Source: Dicyema japonicum
Lineage: Eukaryota; Animalia; Dicyemida
NCBI GenBank assembly: GCA_011109175.1
Contig: RDEW01000013.1
Location: 351,476 to 415,475, forward strand
Direction of reading: 5' to 3'
Length of the DNA stretch: 64,000 nucleotides
In this document: one piece after another, positions 31,740 to 46,339 of the stretch
How the letters are laid out: each line of letters opens with the position of its first letter
How positions within the stretch are numbered: position 1 is the first letter of the stretch
Program-made: the position numbers and the translations under genes
Notes under the pieces: generated by a model
What the model was told of the DNA's origin: nothing
Databases searched by the model: none
The model's input: only the letters and a program-made list of their open reading frames with translations

Positions 31740-33900
31740 TCTTCCCTATAACTATAAAATATTTATTAGCCAATTAACAACATCTAATTAAATTTTTATT
31801 TAACTTCAAAAACGGATATTGTCGATATCAAGAGGATGGAACCACGCATACCGAAAACTGAAGGAAGGTTATTATGGTTTATTCCGTGCTGCAACATACG
31901 AGTTGAGCCTATTGCGCAGGGCAATCTTGATCTCTGCTCTCCTCGATTTTTCAAGAAACAAGATAAAACCCTCTTTGTATGCAGTTTAATACTATTCTTC
32001 CAGTCCATAAAAGCGTGATGGAATGATCGCACGCAAAAAATAAATAAAAACAAATCCGTTTCGAGTCTCAATTTCCTCATACACAAGATCGCATAGATAA
32101 GCTTTCTTCTTTCTGAGTTTAAGATCACATAATGTAGTCCCTGTTTTCTCAATAGCTGTTCCGAGATACTTCAGGGATTTTACAATATTGATTCCGCATA
32201 GGGAAACTTGCTGATTTTTTTTCCATTTCGACCGAAAAACTTCATTGCATTTGATTTTTCTTCTGACAGTTTTAATCCTTGGAGGCCGTACCAGTCTTTT
32301 ATATTTTCCATATACACATTGAGTCTCCTCTCTGAGATCATACTCGATCTCGACACATCAGACGATAGCACGTCGTCTGCGTAATATCAGAGATCTCGTA
32401 CTTTGGTGTACTCGGAGACGGGAAACCGGCCATTAGAACATTAAAATAATAGAGGGCTCAAAATTGATCCTTGTGGGACTCCTCTCTTTAATAACATCAT
32501 ATTTGAAAAATAGCGTCCGCATCTAATATAGAAGTTTCTTCTTCCTTCTGAGTACACTTTCACCCAATTCACTAGTTCCTTTGGGCTTCCTGTCCGAGAT
32601 AACTATTTGACTCTGTGGTTAACATTGTCGAATGCTTTTGATATGTCGAGACAAATGACATTCAAAAAACATTTGTATTCTCTGACTTTGCATAACTGGA
32701 ATTGATGTTAATCGTCCTGGACAAGTACCTAATTGATTTTTTCTGAAGTAGTCTTTTTTGCAGCAGATTTGTAAGCCTCCTGAAGACAATTTTTTTCATT
32801 ATTCTTGAAATTAATCGAATAAGGCTGATCGGACAGTTGCTAGTTGGATCTTTCTTTGGTCTCCTGTCTTGGCTACCATCCGTATAGTGTCTTCATGCGT
32901 GTGGAACATGACCAATTTTGATGCATGCGTTAAATATGTTTATTTGAGAACATTAAATAAAATTTATGGGCTTTATTTGAACATCCTGGCTTTAATGAAA
33001 TCATCTTTCCATGGCTTTATTCTTGACTGCTTTTAATTACCATCTTCAACTCATCTAGAAAAATCTCTATAAATGCTGTTTTCTCCGACAATGGTTCATA
33101 ACAAGTATTCTCCGCAATGACATCATCGCCCATTTCAAATATCTTTTTAAGTTGTGTCTCAAAAACTAGAGGTATTTCTTCTTCAGCATAGTAGGAGCCA
33201 TCCGGTTACTTGAGCATAATCATGCTTGCGATTACTCTAGGTTTTTTACTCTTCGATATACCTTCCAGAAAAAAGAAGGATTTTGCTTGGTAGCTTTCCT
33301 AGTTGAGAGTTCTACTCATACTTAATCCAACTTCTGAACCGTTCCGACAACTGCTTTCGTAGATCATCAAACTTTGTGAGACAAGGCTAAGCAGTCCTGT
33401 GGATTTACTTATCTCTTCAGTTTAGTCCTTAGATTATTTCTTTTCAACACAATCTTCTTGATGTGCCAGGGAATATAGACAACATCATCGTTTCTTAAGT
33501 ATATTTTTCTCGCAAAATTTTCTATATAGTATAATATCAAATCCGTTACTCGTTTACTTGTTTTATCAATTTCCAGGGGAGTCTTGGGCTATATGTCCTA
33601 GCATTAACTCCTTTGCAATGTACATCCTATAGTGAAACCAGTTTAGATTCTTCGTATCGTAACCGACAAAGACTCCAGGTTTATTAATCATTCTCATATT
33701 CACATATATTAGCAGTGAAATGTGGTAGCTGTTAATGTCCGAAAGAGTAATTGTTACGTCATCGTATTCTGAAATAACAAGGGAAATCAAGAAGACACCA
33801 AGCGTGTCACCTCCGTAGGGAGAGAAGTTATTATCCTCTTTCGATGAAAGTAACTTTTCAGTTAAAATCGTGAGAAACAACGCTATTGTGGAGACCATTT
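31740..33900 (-). mobile_element. Degraded APE-RT LINE
   Basis: LDISKAFDNVNH, GVPQGSILSPLLF, YADD; many stops. Confidence 0.75.
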
Positions 33901-34960
33901 GAATAATTATTTTAATCAATTAAAATTTCCCCCTCTTCCTAAAATGAGATCAAATCATCTTTTTTACGAATCTAAAATAAGAACAAATAAAGGATTGGCC
34001 CCCAAGTTAAAAAGACTGAAAAAGTTATTTCGTTAAAAGGGATCAATCCTCAAGATGTCGAAAAAAGTTTTCGGTATATATAAAAGTTGAGATAAATATG
34101 CGAAACATTTACAAATCAATAAACACATAAATTATGTTGATAATTTTCCTAATTCCTAAATTAGCATTATCAATTTATAAATTTGATATTTGGCTGTTAG
34201 CAACCTGCGCTATAAGCTTACAAAACACAGGCGTGTAACCTACCATTGATTCAGTACAGAATTTTAAAGCAAAAAGCTATCCTAATTTCTCATAAGCATA
34301 TAAATACTTAGGATTTCGTTTTATTTATTATTTAGTCCCGGTCCCTTCAAATGGTGGAAACCTATTTTTTCAATAACTTATTTAATTATTATTATAAAAA
34401 ATGTTAGTTTTTATTTATTAAAGTTTTTAATGTATAAACGTTTTTTCTTTGTGATGGTTAATCTTAGTACGTGTTTGTGAGATAATTCATCCTTACTTGA
34501 ATTTTTATTGAAAATATTTTTGTAAAATCTAATTACTAATGACAGTTAGCGCATGTCTGTCCTATGGACTATGACAAATATTCATAATTTTCTTGTTTTT
34601 TTAGGGGAAGATGGTCGCCGTCTAAATTTCTTTGATTTTTAAAATTGAACCCGAAACGTTGAAATATACGCATTTTTAAATAAGAACTCGGAATAAATTT
34701 TTTAAGAAAGGAAACACGGAATGCATTCATCATAATGGATTCCCACGCCACGTGATGGTCAGTAGAGTAGTGAGACTCATTAATAAAAAAACTACAAAAT
34801 TAATTAAAATCTAGTGTGCTCGAATGGCCAGGCTATTTCTTCTGACAATAGCTATTATATATGCAAGGTAATTACATTTATTAAAAAGCATTTTCAATTA
34901 TATCAATCGAAAGAACTGCTTAAAATAAAAAGTCAATTGAAGAATTCCATCTAAAGGAAA

Positions 34961-37496
34961 GATTATCTCACGCCTCGTGGCGCCATGTGGTGCTGCGTGG
35001 TTAATTGGTTGAAGTTTTCCGCTTGCTTCTTTGTTCCTCCTCTCTCCTCCTATTAGAGTGGTGTCATGTGATCCACCTGTCTAGGTGACGCCCAGTGCCA
35101 GGCCGGCACAAAAAAGGATCATTTGCTCTTCCCCACTCCACTGGAAAGGTTTCCACAACTGCATGTAATGGACGTCTTACCTTTTATGCTGATTCCGGAT
35201 GGACTCTGTTTCTGTAAAAGTGGGAACTGGATACACTTTAATAGTTGTTTACTTTAACTTTCTCGGTGTATCCGGGGTTATTATTATTATAAGCACTTAT
35301 CGCTATGTCATATGACTTGACAAATCATGTGCAACACGAGTTAGCAAATCACTGGTTAGTTTCATCCACTTCCTCCTATTCAAAGCCGCATTGCGCAACC
35401 AGTAAAGATCCTCTCCACTTCCAAGATGCCGTCCCATTTCTTTGAGGTCCTCGTCGAGAACGACTGCCAGTGTCGTCCTTGGGCGACCACGGAAACGGGG
35501 GGCCTCAAACATGAAGTAATCCTCCATGGCTACGTTCGCGGGGGCGTCTAGGTCCAGTCGCAGAATATGGCCGAAAAGCCTCCATCGTGTATCCAGAATC
35601 TCATTAGAAATTTCTGAGGTCTTCGTCCTCTTATAAAGAAGATTAGATGACATCCTCGTATCACTTCTTTCGAACATCATATGCCGTAGTTGGTCTCTAT
35701 GAAACGCATTAAGCCTCTTCAGTTCATTTCTTGAGCAGGCCTAGGTACCAGCGTTATATAGTAGTATGGGTTTCACTAGCGAGTTGTATAATCGAGTTTT
35801 TGTTATAATGTCAAGGCCCTTTTTGTGGAGCCAGGTGTTCTTTAATCTGGAGAGGGCAGTTTGTGCTAGGGGTTTTCCTTCTCGTAATTTCTTCATGGTC
35901 TCCTAGGAGGGAGCCAAGCTTTTTGCATTTGCGCCAGTACTCCTCCGTCCCTGTTTCTTCCCTCTTTAGTTCAGTTACGTCAGTCTTGTCCGGATTTACT
36001 GTTAGGAACCATTCGGCTAGTCTTCCAGGCACTTCTTCCATCAAGCGGGTGAGCGGTATTTTGTCGTTTGAAACAAAGTGTACGTCGTCTGCATACACAA
36101 TAATGTTTGTCTTTTCACCCATTATCGGTTTTGACTCTTGTAAAGCAGCTTCAAGGTATATGACAAAAAGTATAGGTGATAATGGGTCTCCTTGTGGAGT
36201 GCCAACAGTCGTCTCAAATCGGCGAGACAAGGCTCCCCCTACTTACAGTGAGCCAAGTATCAGCTAGGAGGGTGATGGCCATTCTGACAGTGGAAGCGTC
36301 TAGGAAACTTTCCAAAACCAGTATTAGCTCCGTTGTCGACAGAGTCGAAGGCCCTCGAAATGTCGATTCCGAGGATGGTTGTAGACATTTTGTACTTTGA
36401 ACGGCCGCAGATCTCCACTTGTGGGACCACAAAACATCGGAAGTAGATCTTCCTTTTCGGAATCCGCTGTGGTAAAGCGACAGAAAAGTATCTAGGCGTC
36501 CTTCCATCCTTTGTAATGTTAATTTTCCGAAGTGAATTCATTAATATGACCGGACGGAGGTTCTCCACCTTAGATCTTGGTTTATTCGCCTTCTGTACAG
36601 GTATCAAGATACCCTCTCCCAGGGTCAGCGTGTGACCATAATAGTACATTTCATTCAGGATCCTAGCGATGCATTCATACAGCTTTTGGGTTCCATATTT
36701 GAAGAATTCACCACCGAGTCCGTCGGGGCCAGGAGTCCTGTTGTTTTTCAACTTGGAACTCGCAAGTTCAACTTCATATGGTGTGATTTCCTCGTCCAAT
36801 TTTCCTCGTTCTATGTGTCGTTCCTTGGGTTAAAAAGTTTTCCAAAGTGGGCAGCGATAATTTCAGCCACTTCCATTTGGTCCACAATTCGCGTTCCTTT
36901 GTCATCTCTTATCATTATCGGTTGATGGGGTCTCTTTCCTTTCATCTGTTTCACAGCCTCGTAGAATCTAGCGTTGTCCTTGAGAGATTCTATCTTCTTA
37001 ATCTGGTCCAGTGCTTTATTTCTGTTATGCTGGCGTATAGTTTTTCTTATTTTTGCTTTGATAGTTTTTCTTTCTAGCCGCAATTTTGATTTTACGTTCG
37101 AATCGTCAGTATTTTGCATCCATATGGTCTTTGTTTATTGGCAAGGTCCTTCACCGTGTAAATTTCATTGTGCGATGGGGTTTTCTCATTTTCTTTCAAT
37201 AGATGCAGATTGGCTCCTTTATGTATTGACTGCTTTACAAAATCCCAGGATTTTCCGGGCGGCAAATCTGTAGGCATGTTTTCTAGTTCTGCATCCAGAT
37301 GTTTTTTGAATGCTAGGGCCCCTTTTGATTGACTGATTAAGGATTCCAAATTATAACGTCTATAGTTGGGTTCTGTGGTTTCAATGTGCTTCCGTTTCGT
37401 TCTTTGTAGTACCATAAATCTCTTTAGAGAAAGTCTAGCAATAACTATTTTGTGGTCGCTGTCGATGTATCCGGGGTTAATAAATTAATAAATAAC
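34961..37496 (+). mobile_element. SINE copy 1 (~330 bp; 34961-35280 + 37480-37496) interrupted by an RTE
   Basis: TSD TCTAAAGGAAA at 34950-34960 and 37497-37507; roughly 90% identical to 44686-45014. Confidence 0.88.
35281..37465 (-). mobile_element. 5'-truncated RTE-clade LINE nested antisense in the SINE tail
   Basis: 14-nt TSD TGTATCCGGGGTTA (35267-35280; 37466-37479); DSDHKIV, GTPQGDPLSP, YADD, RRW.LFGHILR..RGRPRTT-like C-terminus; (TAA)n tail. Confidence 0.92.
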
Positions 37497-38400
37497 TCTA
37501 AAGGAAATATAAACTAACATTTTATAAAAAATAAATGACTTGTGATAGAATTTTAGTTGTAACGTTGAAGATATTTTTATATTTAATAATTTTATTTATG
37601 AAACCTGGTGACGTGGCTCACACTCTCCAAAAGACGTGTTAAGCATGTAAACTCAACAAATAGGAAGTTGCTGGAATTTTATCTTAATACCTGGAAGTTA
37701 ACAAAAAAGAAATTGGTCTGGAAAGTTAACAAGAGGAATTTGTATTTCGGCATCACCCTGGGATTAATCATTTCACAACCTTTAGTTAGTTAACGATATC
37801 TTTTCCTAATAAAGTTGTGTCTTGTTGAATTCACATGCGGGGCCATGACCCTTGGTCTTACGAAAGTGCGGTATTATTATTTATGAAACTCAAAGGCAAT
37901 TAAGAAAGTCCGACAAGTAATAACTGTATAATAATGTGACGTTATTGTTATTGATGCAATTTCTTATTCCATAATCATAAAAAACATTTTTAACACATGA
38001 AACTTACAACAACCTCATTATCCTACAACGTCACTTTATTATTAGCACTGTCATGGGAACAAAGTGAAACAGATACTAATTAAGCTCCTACATGTATTAC
38101 AAACAAGACTATCTTTTCCACTAGGTTTTCCAGCATCCTCGGTTAAAAGACACACTGATGTCGTCTCCAGGTTATAGTCGTTTTTAACGAACTTTGAAAG
38201 TTTTTAGCAAGATTTGACGAGGTCTTGTGTGGTCGGGCAAGAAATACCGACTGTCACCTTATTCTTTTTCTAATAAAATATCAATATTTATTGAATTAAT
38301 AATCAATTAATTATATTTATATATAAATTTATTTTTTTAAATTAGACTGAATTAATATTTCGAGGTGTGTCTTTATTTTTTATTCAGTTTGATATATTGA

Positions 38401-39570
<1,170 letters not shown>

Positions 39571-41079
39571 TTTATACTGAACATTTGTAGTCTGATAAGT
39601 TTTTTTAATTTATTTACTCCTTTGATAGTCAAATAAATTATTAGAATATATTTGTATAATTGGTGGTTAATTGGTGGAAGGTTGTGGTAGTAACGTATTT
39701 CATTGATAATATAGTAGTTCATGATTAGTGAAACCTTTGTCTTTTTTACTATGAGCATCCACAAATTGAACAAGTCTGAAGGCTGCTTTAGCTGTTTATG
39801 TTTTTGTAATTGGGTAATAAAGTGTTTTCTTTTTCTAGTTATTATTTATTTTACAGATTGTGGTTTAATCGAAATTGTACTTTTTAAAAGGTGGTTGATA
39901 AAAAAATTAAAAAAATTTGTTAAGAAATCTGGGAGCAGTACCAAATTATTTGGTAGTTGCTTGTTATGGGAAAATTTTGCAAAAAGTATGATAATTGTTG
40001 TACCGAGATTATTTGGTGAATTATAGTTGTTTTAAAAAGTCGACCAAGGACATAATAATCGTGAATAACTTCAAAGGCAGTTATCAAAAATGAAAGAGCT
40101 AAAGGACCATAAAAATAAGTCGTGGCTGTCATCACAGACTGTCGTGTATCCGCAGTCAAATGAAAAGAAAGATGATAGCTCTTACCAGAATAGTGCAAAT
40201 GGACTCGTGGGATAAATGGATATCTAACTTTACTTATTAAGATTGTTGATGCCTGCTAACTATGACAAATTATGCTTAAGTTAGGAGGAATTTTACACAT
40301 TTTCTATACCAAAGCTCAAGGCTCACAAACCTAAGGACCATCGAGCATTGTCAAAAAATAAATGTACGAATCAAATTAAAATGTAAGATCCCAATCGTCT
40401 CTGCTTTTCCCATAGGTCATTTACTTGGAATGTTAATACGACTTACCCTCAGACCACAATCGTCATCTATATTGCCAGAAACATGCATACAAGTCTCTAG
40501 CTTTCTCATTTACGACTTAATAAAATACACTCAAAGTCCTCCTACCAAGACTCTGATAGATTTTGAATTCTCTATGTTACATTTAATTTTGAAAAAGTTT
40601 ATATACCAATGATCTGTCCTTTAAGCTAATAAAGATCCTTCTGATCGTTCATATTACATACATATCTCTCTTTAAGTAGTCTGGAGAGAATAGAACTGAC
40701 TACAATTCTTGTTACCTTAACTTTGCCAAATCACAATATTCTTTCCATTCGACCACCTCCCATCACACCAATTTAACGCAATTTATTTCTTATGGTTTTA
40801 ACAATTCCCCCTACCTAAAAGAACTTGGTTTTTAGAAGTCATGGTTCACACATTTCCACTCTGGAAGATTGTGTTAAATTTGCCCTCTCATATATTTCCA
40901 CTATGGAGATTGTGTTAAATAAAACTTTTTCCATTACAAAATTAGAAACATCAAGTTTCAATAGTTTCCAAAAAATATCCCACGTCATTAACTGAGCATG
41001 TGAGTTTTTAGTTATTTACTTAAAACCAAAAATCATCAGCAAATTAAAATGGAATACGTTCCCGTCAGATGATTCCAAA

Positions 41080-42240
41080 CTCCTTAAGCAGCAATCTCAT
41101 CATTTATCGGTGTTCTACCCGAAAACCGACGCACTTCCTCTAAGTATGAGACACTTTTCGGAATTTTGGAGATGTCAATCGGGCTCTCGTTCTCCTCAAA
41201 AGTTACTCGTTCAGGAAATGATCTTGATTGTTTGAAAGCTATACCGTTACTTTTGGCGGTCACGATATCCAAGGGACGCTTCCGAAGCTTGGATTTACTT
41301 GCATTGACAAACCTTTACTTTTGGCGTCATTCAAAGTAGCAAATGAAGTTGCTAAGTCAAAGAAGCCACATACTCTTGCAGAGACTCTTATTAAGCTATA
41401 TTCGTAGCAAATGATGAAAACAGTTCTGGGTCCAGACACCTCTCGAGAACTGCAGAAGATTCCTTTGTCAAATAATTGTATCCATCGAATGAATTGTATC
41501 AGTGATGATATTCTTAAACAAGTTGTTTTGGACATAAGAATTCTTGCATCAAGATTTCAATCCAGTTGGATGAATCTACACATTATGATAATTGCAGTCA
41601 ACTAATTTGCTCTGTTCGTTATGTAAAAGAAAATTTAATTGCGGAAGATTTTCTTTTTTGCGAACCTCTCGAAACGGAAGCCTCTGCAAAAACTGTTTTT
41701 CATATAATTGAGACTTTTTTTGATGAACATGATATTCCATTGGAAATTATAGGGTCAATTTGCACGAAGGTGCTCTATTTGTGCTGGGAAACAGGTCTGA
41801 GTTTGCAGCCCTTTTGAGATAACATGTTCCAGATGTAACAGTTACTCACTGTATCCTTCATCGACATGCAATAGAAGTGGAAGGGCTTTGAATCATAGAC
41901 TGTTCTCTTGTATCACCGATGTTAGATGACTGTCAAGAGGTCATGTTTTGACAAGATTTTTATTCTAAGACTTGAAATCGAACAATTTTTATTGGAAAAA
42001 AACTCTGAACTACTTGATTGTTTTAAATCTCCAAATTTTGTTATTTTATGGCATATTTGGCCGACATTTTCAATCACCTTAACCAATTGAGTCTTTCAAT
42101 TCAAGGAAAAGGGATGAGCATTATTAATGCTTCTGACAATCTACGTGCCTTCAGGAATAACTGTAGTGGTGGACTCGACGTATTCAAGACCATAATTTTG
42201 CTAATTTTCCGACATTGGATGAAATCGCTATTGAATGGAC
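41080..42240 (+). pseudogene. Degraded hAT (Buster/ZBED5-like) transposase
   Basis: AKSKKPHTLAETLIK, IPLSNN, QLDEST, EDFLFCEPL, HCILHRHA, AYLADIF. Confidence 0.85.
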
Positions 42241-42439
42241 TTTTGATAAAATTATGTCACATGGGTGGTTGAATGTCTATGGGCTGCTTGTTTTTTACGT
42301 GTTTCAATGGTAACCAGATAACAATTGCTAGATTTAACAAAAATTTTATTTAAAATAAAAATAACATCTTGAAGGCTTAAGACTTTTATATATTAAAGAT
42401 TCTGATACCTGGATTTTTAACTAATTTTTTTTTCAGAAT

Positions 42440-43060
42440 AGAGAAGATGGGCGTAGTCGATGTTGGCTTCTCATGGTTTTGGGATTTGTAGGTGAGCTTT
42501 TCTGAGTCTGCCAATAGGTTCCTTGAGAAGAATATGTGGACATTCTCCTTTACTAATGACGTAAGTGATTTCTCTGTTTCCCCCCTCCTACGGGGTATGC
42601 AAGGTTTGAATGGATCGAAACAAAATAATCGTACCCAATCCTCAGAGTCGTCGAAGAAACTGCCCTTTCAATACACTCACATAGGCAGTCCGCGACAGAT
42701 ATACGGGCAGCTTTGGGGATCTTGATCAGGAGTCTTCGTGTGTGTCAGGTTTGAGATCAATTCAAGTATTTTCTGATGGTCTAGCGGAACATGTTCAGAA
42801 TGGTAGCGTAGGGAAGATTTTGTCGTATTATCTGGTAGGAGACATGACCAACAGTACCAATCGGAAATGACAGCAAGGGCTCTTTTAGTTATTCGGCACA
42901 GGACATGTGGAATCCACACGAACAGGCCGTGCAATGGATCATCCGCTTTCTTATGTTGCATTTTTGCAGATCTCATTTTCTTTTGCAGGGTTCTGCATGT
43001 TCTTTTCTGATTTTTCTTATTTTCTCTTACCACCACAACGACCACAATGAGTAATTGCAT
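42440..43060 (-). mobile_element. CRE-like element 5' fragment with PHD finger
   Basis: Across frameshifts C..C..IHCTAC...FHMSC...WYCWSC (C4HC3), then IKIPKAAR..A..L...I typical of the CRE N-terminal region. Confidence 0.6.
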
Positions 43061-43403
43061 AAGATTATAGAATTAATTAAAACTAAAAGGCAGAAAAAGT
43101 CTCAAGGAACTTAACTATCTTTTTTTTGAATAAAATTCGAATTCTGTTAGATTTAAAATCGGGGTGCGAGGTTGGTTTTTAAAATTTTTGGGGTGCAAAC
43201 TCAAAACATTATAGTTTAAATGAATAGAAACAGTCTTTATAGTATCCAAAAGAGCCCTTTTGGCGAAAGGCACAGTTAATTTGAATAAATATTTTGTAAT
43301 AAGGCGCCCATTAGACAATTATGTAGACAAACTGCCACTACATGAAACCAAATCCTTCGAGATTCGAGCTAACTGGCAAAAAGAAAAGTGGAGATTATTC
43401 TAA

Positions 43404-43976
43404 TTAATAAAATGTGAGCGTCCATTTGACGGACTGCTTTACTAATTTCACCAATTTTCCTTAAAAAAAACTTACGTATTTTAAGTCCAAAGTAATTCAC
43501 TTTATTCAAATATTTTTAATATTTCTAACAATGTTGTAAATAATTGAAACAATAACAACAACAAGCAAACTTCATTAATCTGAAACGTTTTAACAAAATT
43601 TTGTTTGGTTTAAAGGATAGCCAAGTACGATTAGTGTGGCGCGAACACAATGTTTCTGATACCTCTGCCCTAATCTTAAAAATAACCCTACAGATTTTAT
43701 TCATGATCCCTCTTTTTCTAATCCCTAATTTTAGATTCTACGACAGTTTTAACCCGACATAAGCATAGAAATGAATTGTTTTTTTCAAAAAGTTTTTATT
43801 ATCTTTAATCTTGAGAATTTAATTATTTTTATAATTTAATTATAACAAAATATTTAATTATTTCATTTAAGTAAAATCTTGAGAATTGATATCATTATAT
43901 GTTTTATTAAAAAAATGTGAAGTAAGGTCCGGTAAATGACGGCTCCGTCAAATGGACGCCGACATTAAATAGTTAA
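43404..43976. mobile_element. MITE with terminal inverted repeats, TTAA-flanked (piggyBac-like)
   Basis: AATGT..GCGTCCATTTGACGGA at 43411-43433 and its reverse complement at 43944-43966; TTAA at 43404 and 43973. Confidence 0.65.
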
Positions 43977-44031
43977 TTTTAAATAAAAACTAAAACACAA
44001 AATGGGGGAAAATCAAAAATTAAATAAAAGA

Positions 44032-44548
44032 TTAACGCATCTTCCTTTTAACAGGTGCTCTAACAGGGGCCTTGGCAGTAACAACAGGCTTGACTGTATG
44101 TCTTAATTGAGGATTCTTTGCACGCTGAGTTTCACGAGCTTTTTTCCGTTCGTTTGCGATTCTACAGTAAACATGACAATTAGTACGCAGCAGCCTTAGC
44201 ATTGGCGGCTTCCCTTATTTGAGTCCGCCTCTGAGTCATAGCTAAAATATCCGCGAGACCCATTCTAAGGATTGGTCTTACAAACTTCTGAGTCTTCCTC
44301 GATTTATTCCTGTTTTCTGATTTAATTTTGGTTTTGTTGTGCTTCTTTCTATAGAATATTGTCCATCGGATTTTGTGAGGTTTACTTTCCTGTTTGAATG
44401 CAGCATGACTTTTTGTTGTTATGAAGTGTAGGATCTTTCAGTCAGGTCGAATATTAGTTCTTCCATGACCTGGATAAATTATAAAGGCAGTGAATGAGCA
44501 AGCCTGGGTCCTATTTTCTATAAACCAAGCCACTTACGGAACAGACAT
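44032..44548 (-). CDS. RPL24: 60S ribosomal protein L24 (eL24), 2 micro-introns, in-frame TGA at 44438-44440 (possible pseudogene or error)
   Basis: MSVP/TQACSFTAFIIYPGHGRTNIRPD*KILHF...KPHKIRWTIFYRKKHNK...KFVRPI..GLADILA; absent from the ORF track. Confidence 0.88.
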
Positions 44549-44685
44549 AAGTCACGCGTGAAAAACGTTGAATATTAATTTATTATATTTAAATATTATT
44601 GAATTAATTGAAATAAATTTAATTTAAAATGTTCAAATCACACTGAAAATTTTATTTTTTTTAAATTTACATGCACAACTATCGA

Positions 44686-45014
44686 CATTGAGCCGCGTGG
44701 CTCCGTGTGGTGCTGCGTGGTTAATTGGTTGAAGTTTTCTGCTTGATTGTCTGTTTCTCCTCTCTTCCTATTAGAGTGGCGTCATGTGATCCACCTGTCT
44801 AGATGACGCCCAGTGCCAGGCCTGCACGAAAAAGGATCATTTGCTCCTCCCCACTCTACTGGAGGGGTTTCCACAACTGCATGTAATGGACGTCTTACCT
44901 TTTATGCTGATTCCGGATGGACTCTGTTTCTGTAGAAGTGGAAACTGGATACACTTAATTAGTTGTTTACTTTAACTTTCTCGGTGTATCCGGGGTTAAT
45001 AAATTAATTAAATT
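44686..45014 (+). mobile_element. SINE copy 2 (possible tRNA-like head + pseudoknot + LINE-type 3' hairpin tail)
   Basis: TSD AACTATCGA at 44677-44685 and 45015-45023; pseudoknot 44778-44839; hairpin CTGGATACAC/GTGTATCCGG then GGTTAATAA. Confidence 0.9.
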
Positions 45015-46339
45015 AACTATCGATGGTTTGCATGAGACTAACTTTGGCGGACGCCCGGATGACTAAGAGAACTAGCGCGCAACAGAAGATCATGGTCGAG
45101 GCTAACGAAGAGGATGATTCGGTGTACGGCACAAGGGAGACTTAATTTATTTTATGTTTTCTCAGGAGTGCTTTTTAATAATAATAATAATTAATTTTGC
45201 CATATTAAATTTTATCCGCTTATGGTTTTTAAAGTTAATAAATTATTAATTTTTTAAGATTTGTCGGAAAGGCCTTTAAAGTGAAATCACTCGACCATCG
45301 CAAATTGGCCATTTCTGGTTCCTTAAAATTTGTGGCCAATTTGAGGAATGGACAATTTGAAATAATAAAATCAATAAATTTGATGACAATGAACAAAGAA
45401 TTATTAAAACTATTATAACTCCGAGGCAAAAATGAAGAATGAATTTCAAAAGCAATTTCTCATACATATTTACAAGAACACCTAAAGGAAATGTATTTCG
45501 GCAAAAAATTCTCTAAGATAGTACATCTAAACAATACTACATCGATCAACATCTTAAAGGAAACAAAAATCAGACAGAATGTCAAAAAATATAGAGACCA
45601 CTCAACTTTTTCTTACTAAAGATGACAAAAAAACTAGATATCTTTTTGGTTAAAGCATTTTTAGATTCCGATATTCCACTTAACAAATTAGGGAATAGTT
45701 ATATAAAAAGCTATTTGTTAACTCCCTTCAATTACAGCACTTTAATTGTCGGACAAATTGTAATCCAGAGACTTTATACATTGTGAAATCAGATATCCAG
45801 ATTAAGTATTGCACTCCCATCTGCATATTCATTCTTTTATAAGAAGTATTCAAATAGGCGTTCGGAAAATAAATTTGAGATCATTTTTTGTAAAATTAAA
45901 GACAAAAACCTTTACTAAATGTTTTGGTGTTGTCTTGATCGTCTGACTTCGTTACTTCAACAATATTTTCCACAATCTTATTGACTCCTGGAATTCCTCT
46001 ATATATATGAAACAAACATGTACAAAAAATAAAAGCATAAATTTGGATGAGTGAGGGGTTTGACTTTATAAAACACAGCATTTCGAATAAGCTTTATCCA
46101 CTCTTTCTAGTCATCCCAAGACATCATTTTTTAATAAAGTTCTTGTGATCGTCTTATTGAATCTTTGAAAATCCCCTGACTCTGGGGATTGTTAAATTCC
46201 GCAAATTCTCCTTTGACAAAACGCATCCAAAAGATTATGTCCACAATTATTTGTCTGTTGAATTTCTTTAAATGAAAAGAATCGCCTATAGTTACAAAGT
46301 TACCTGATAAACACCGTGTTCCCAAATGGGATCTCAAAG

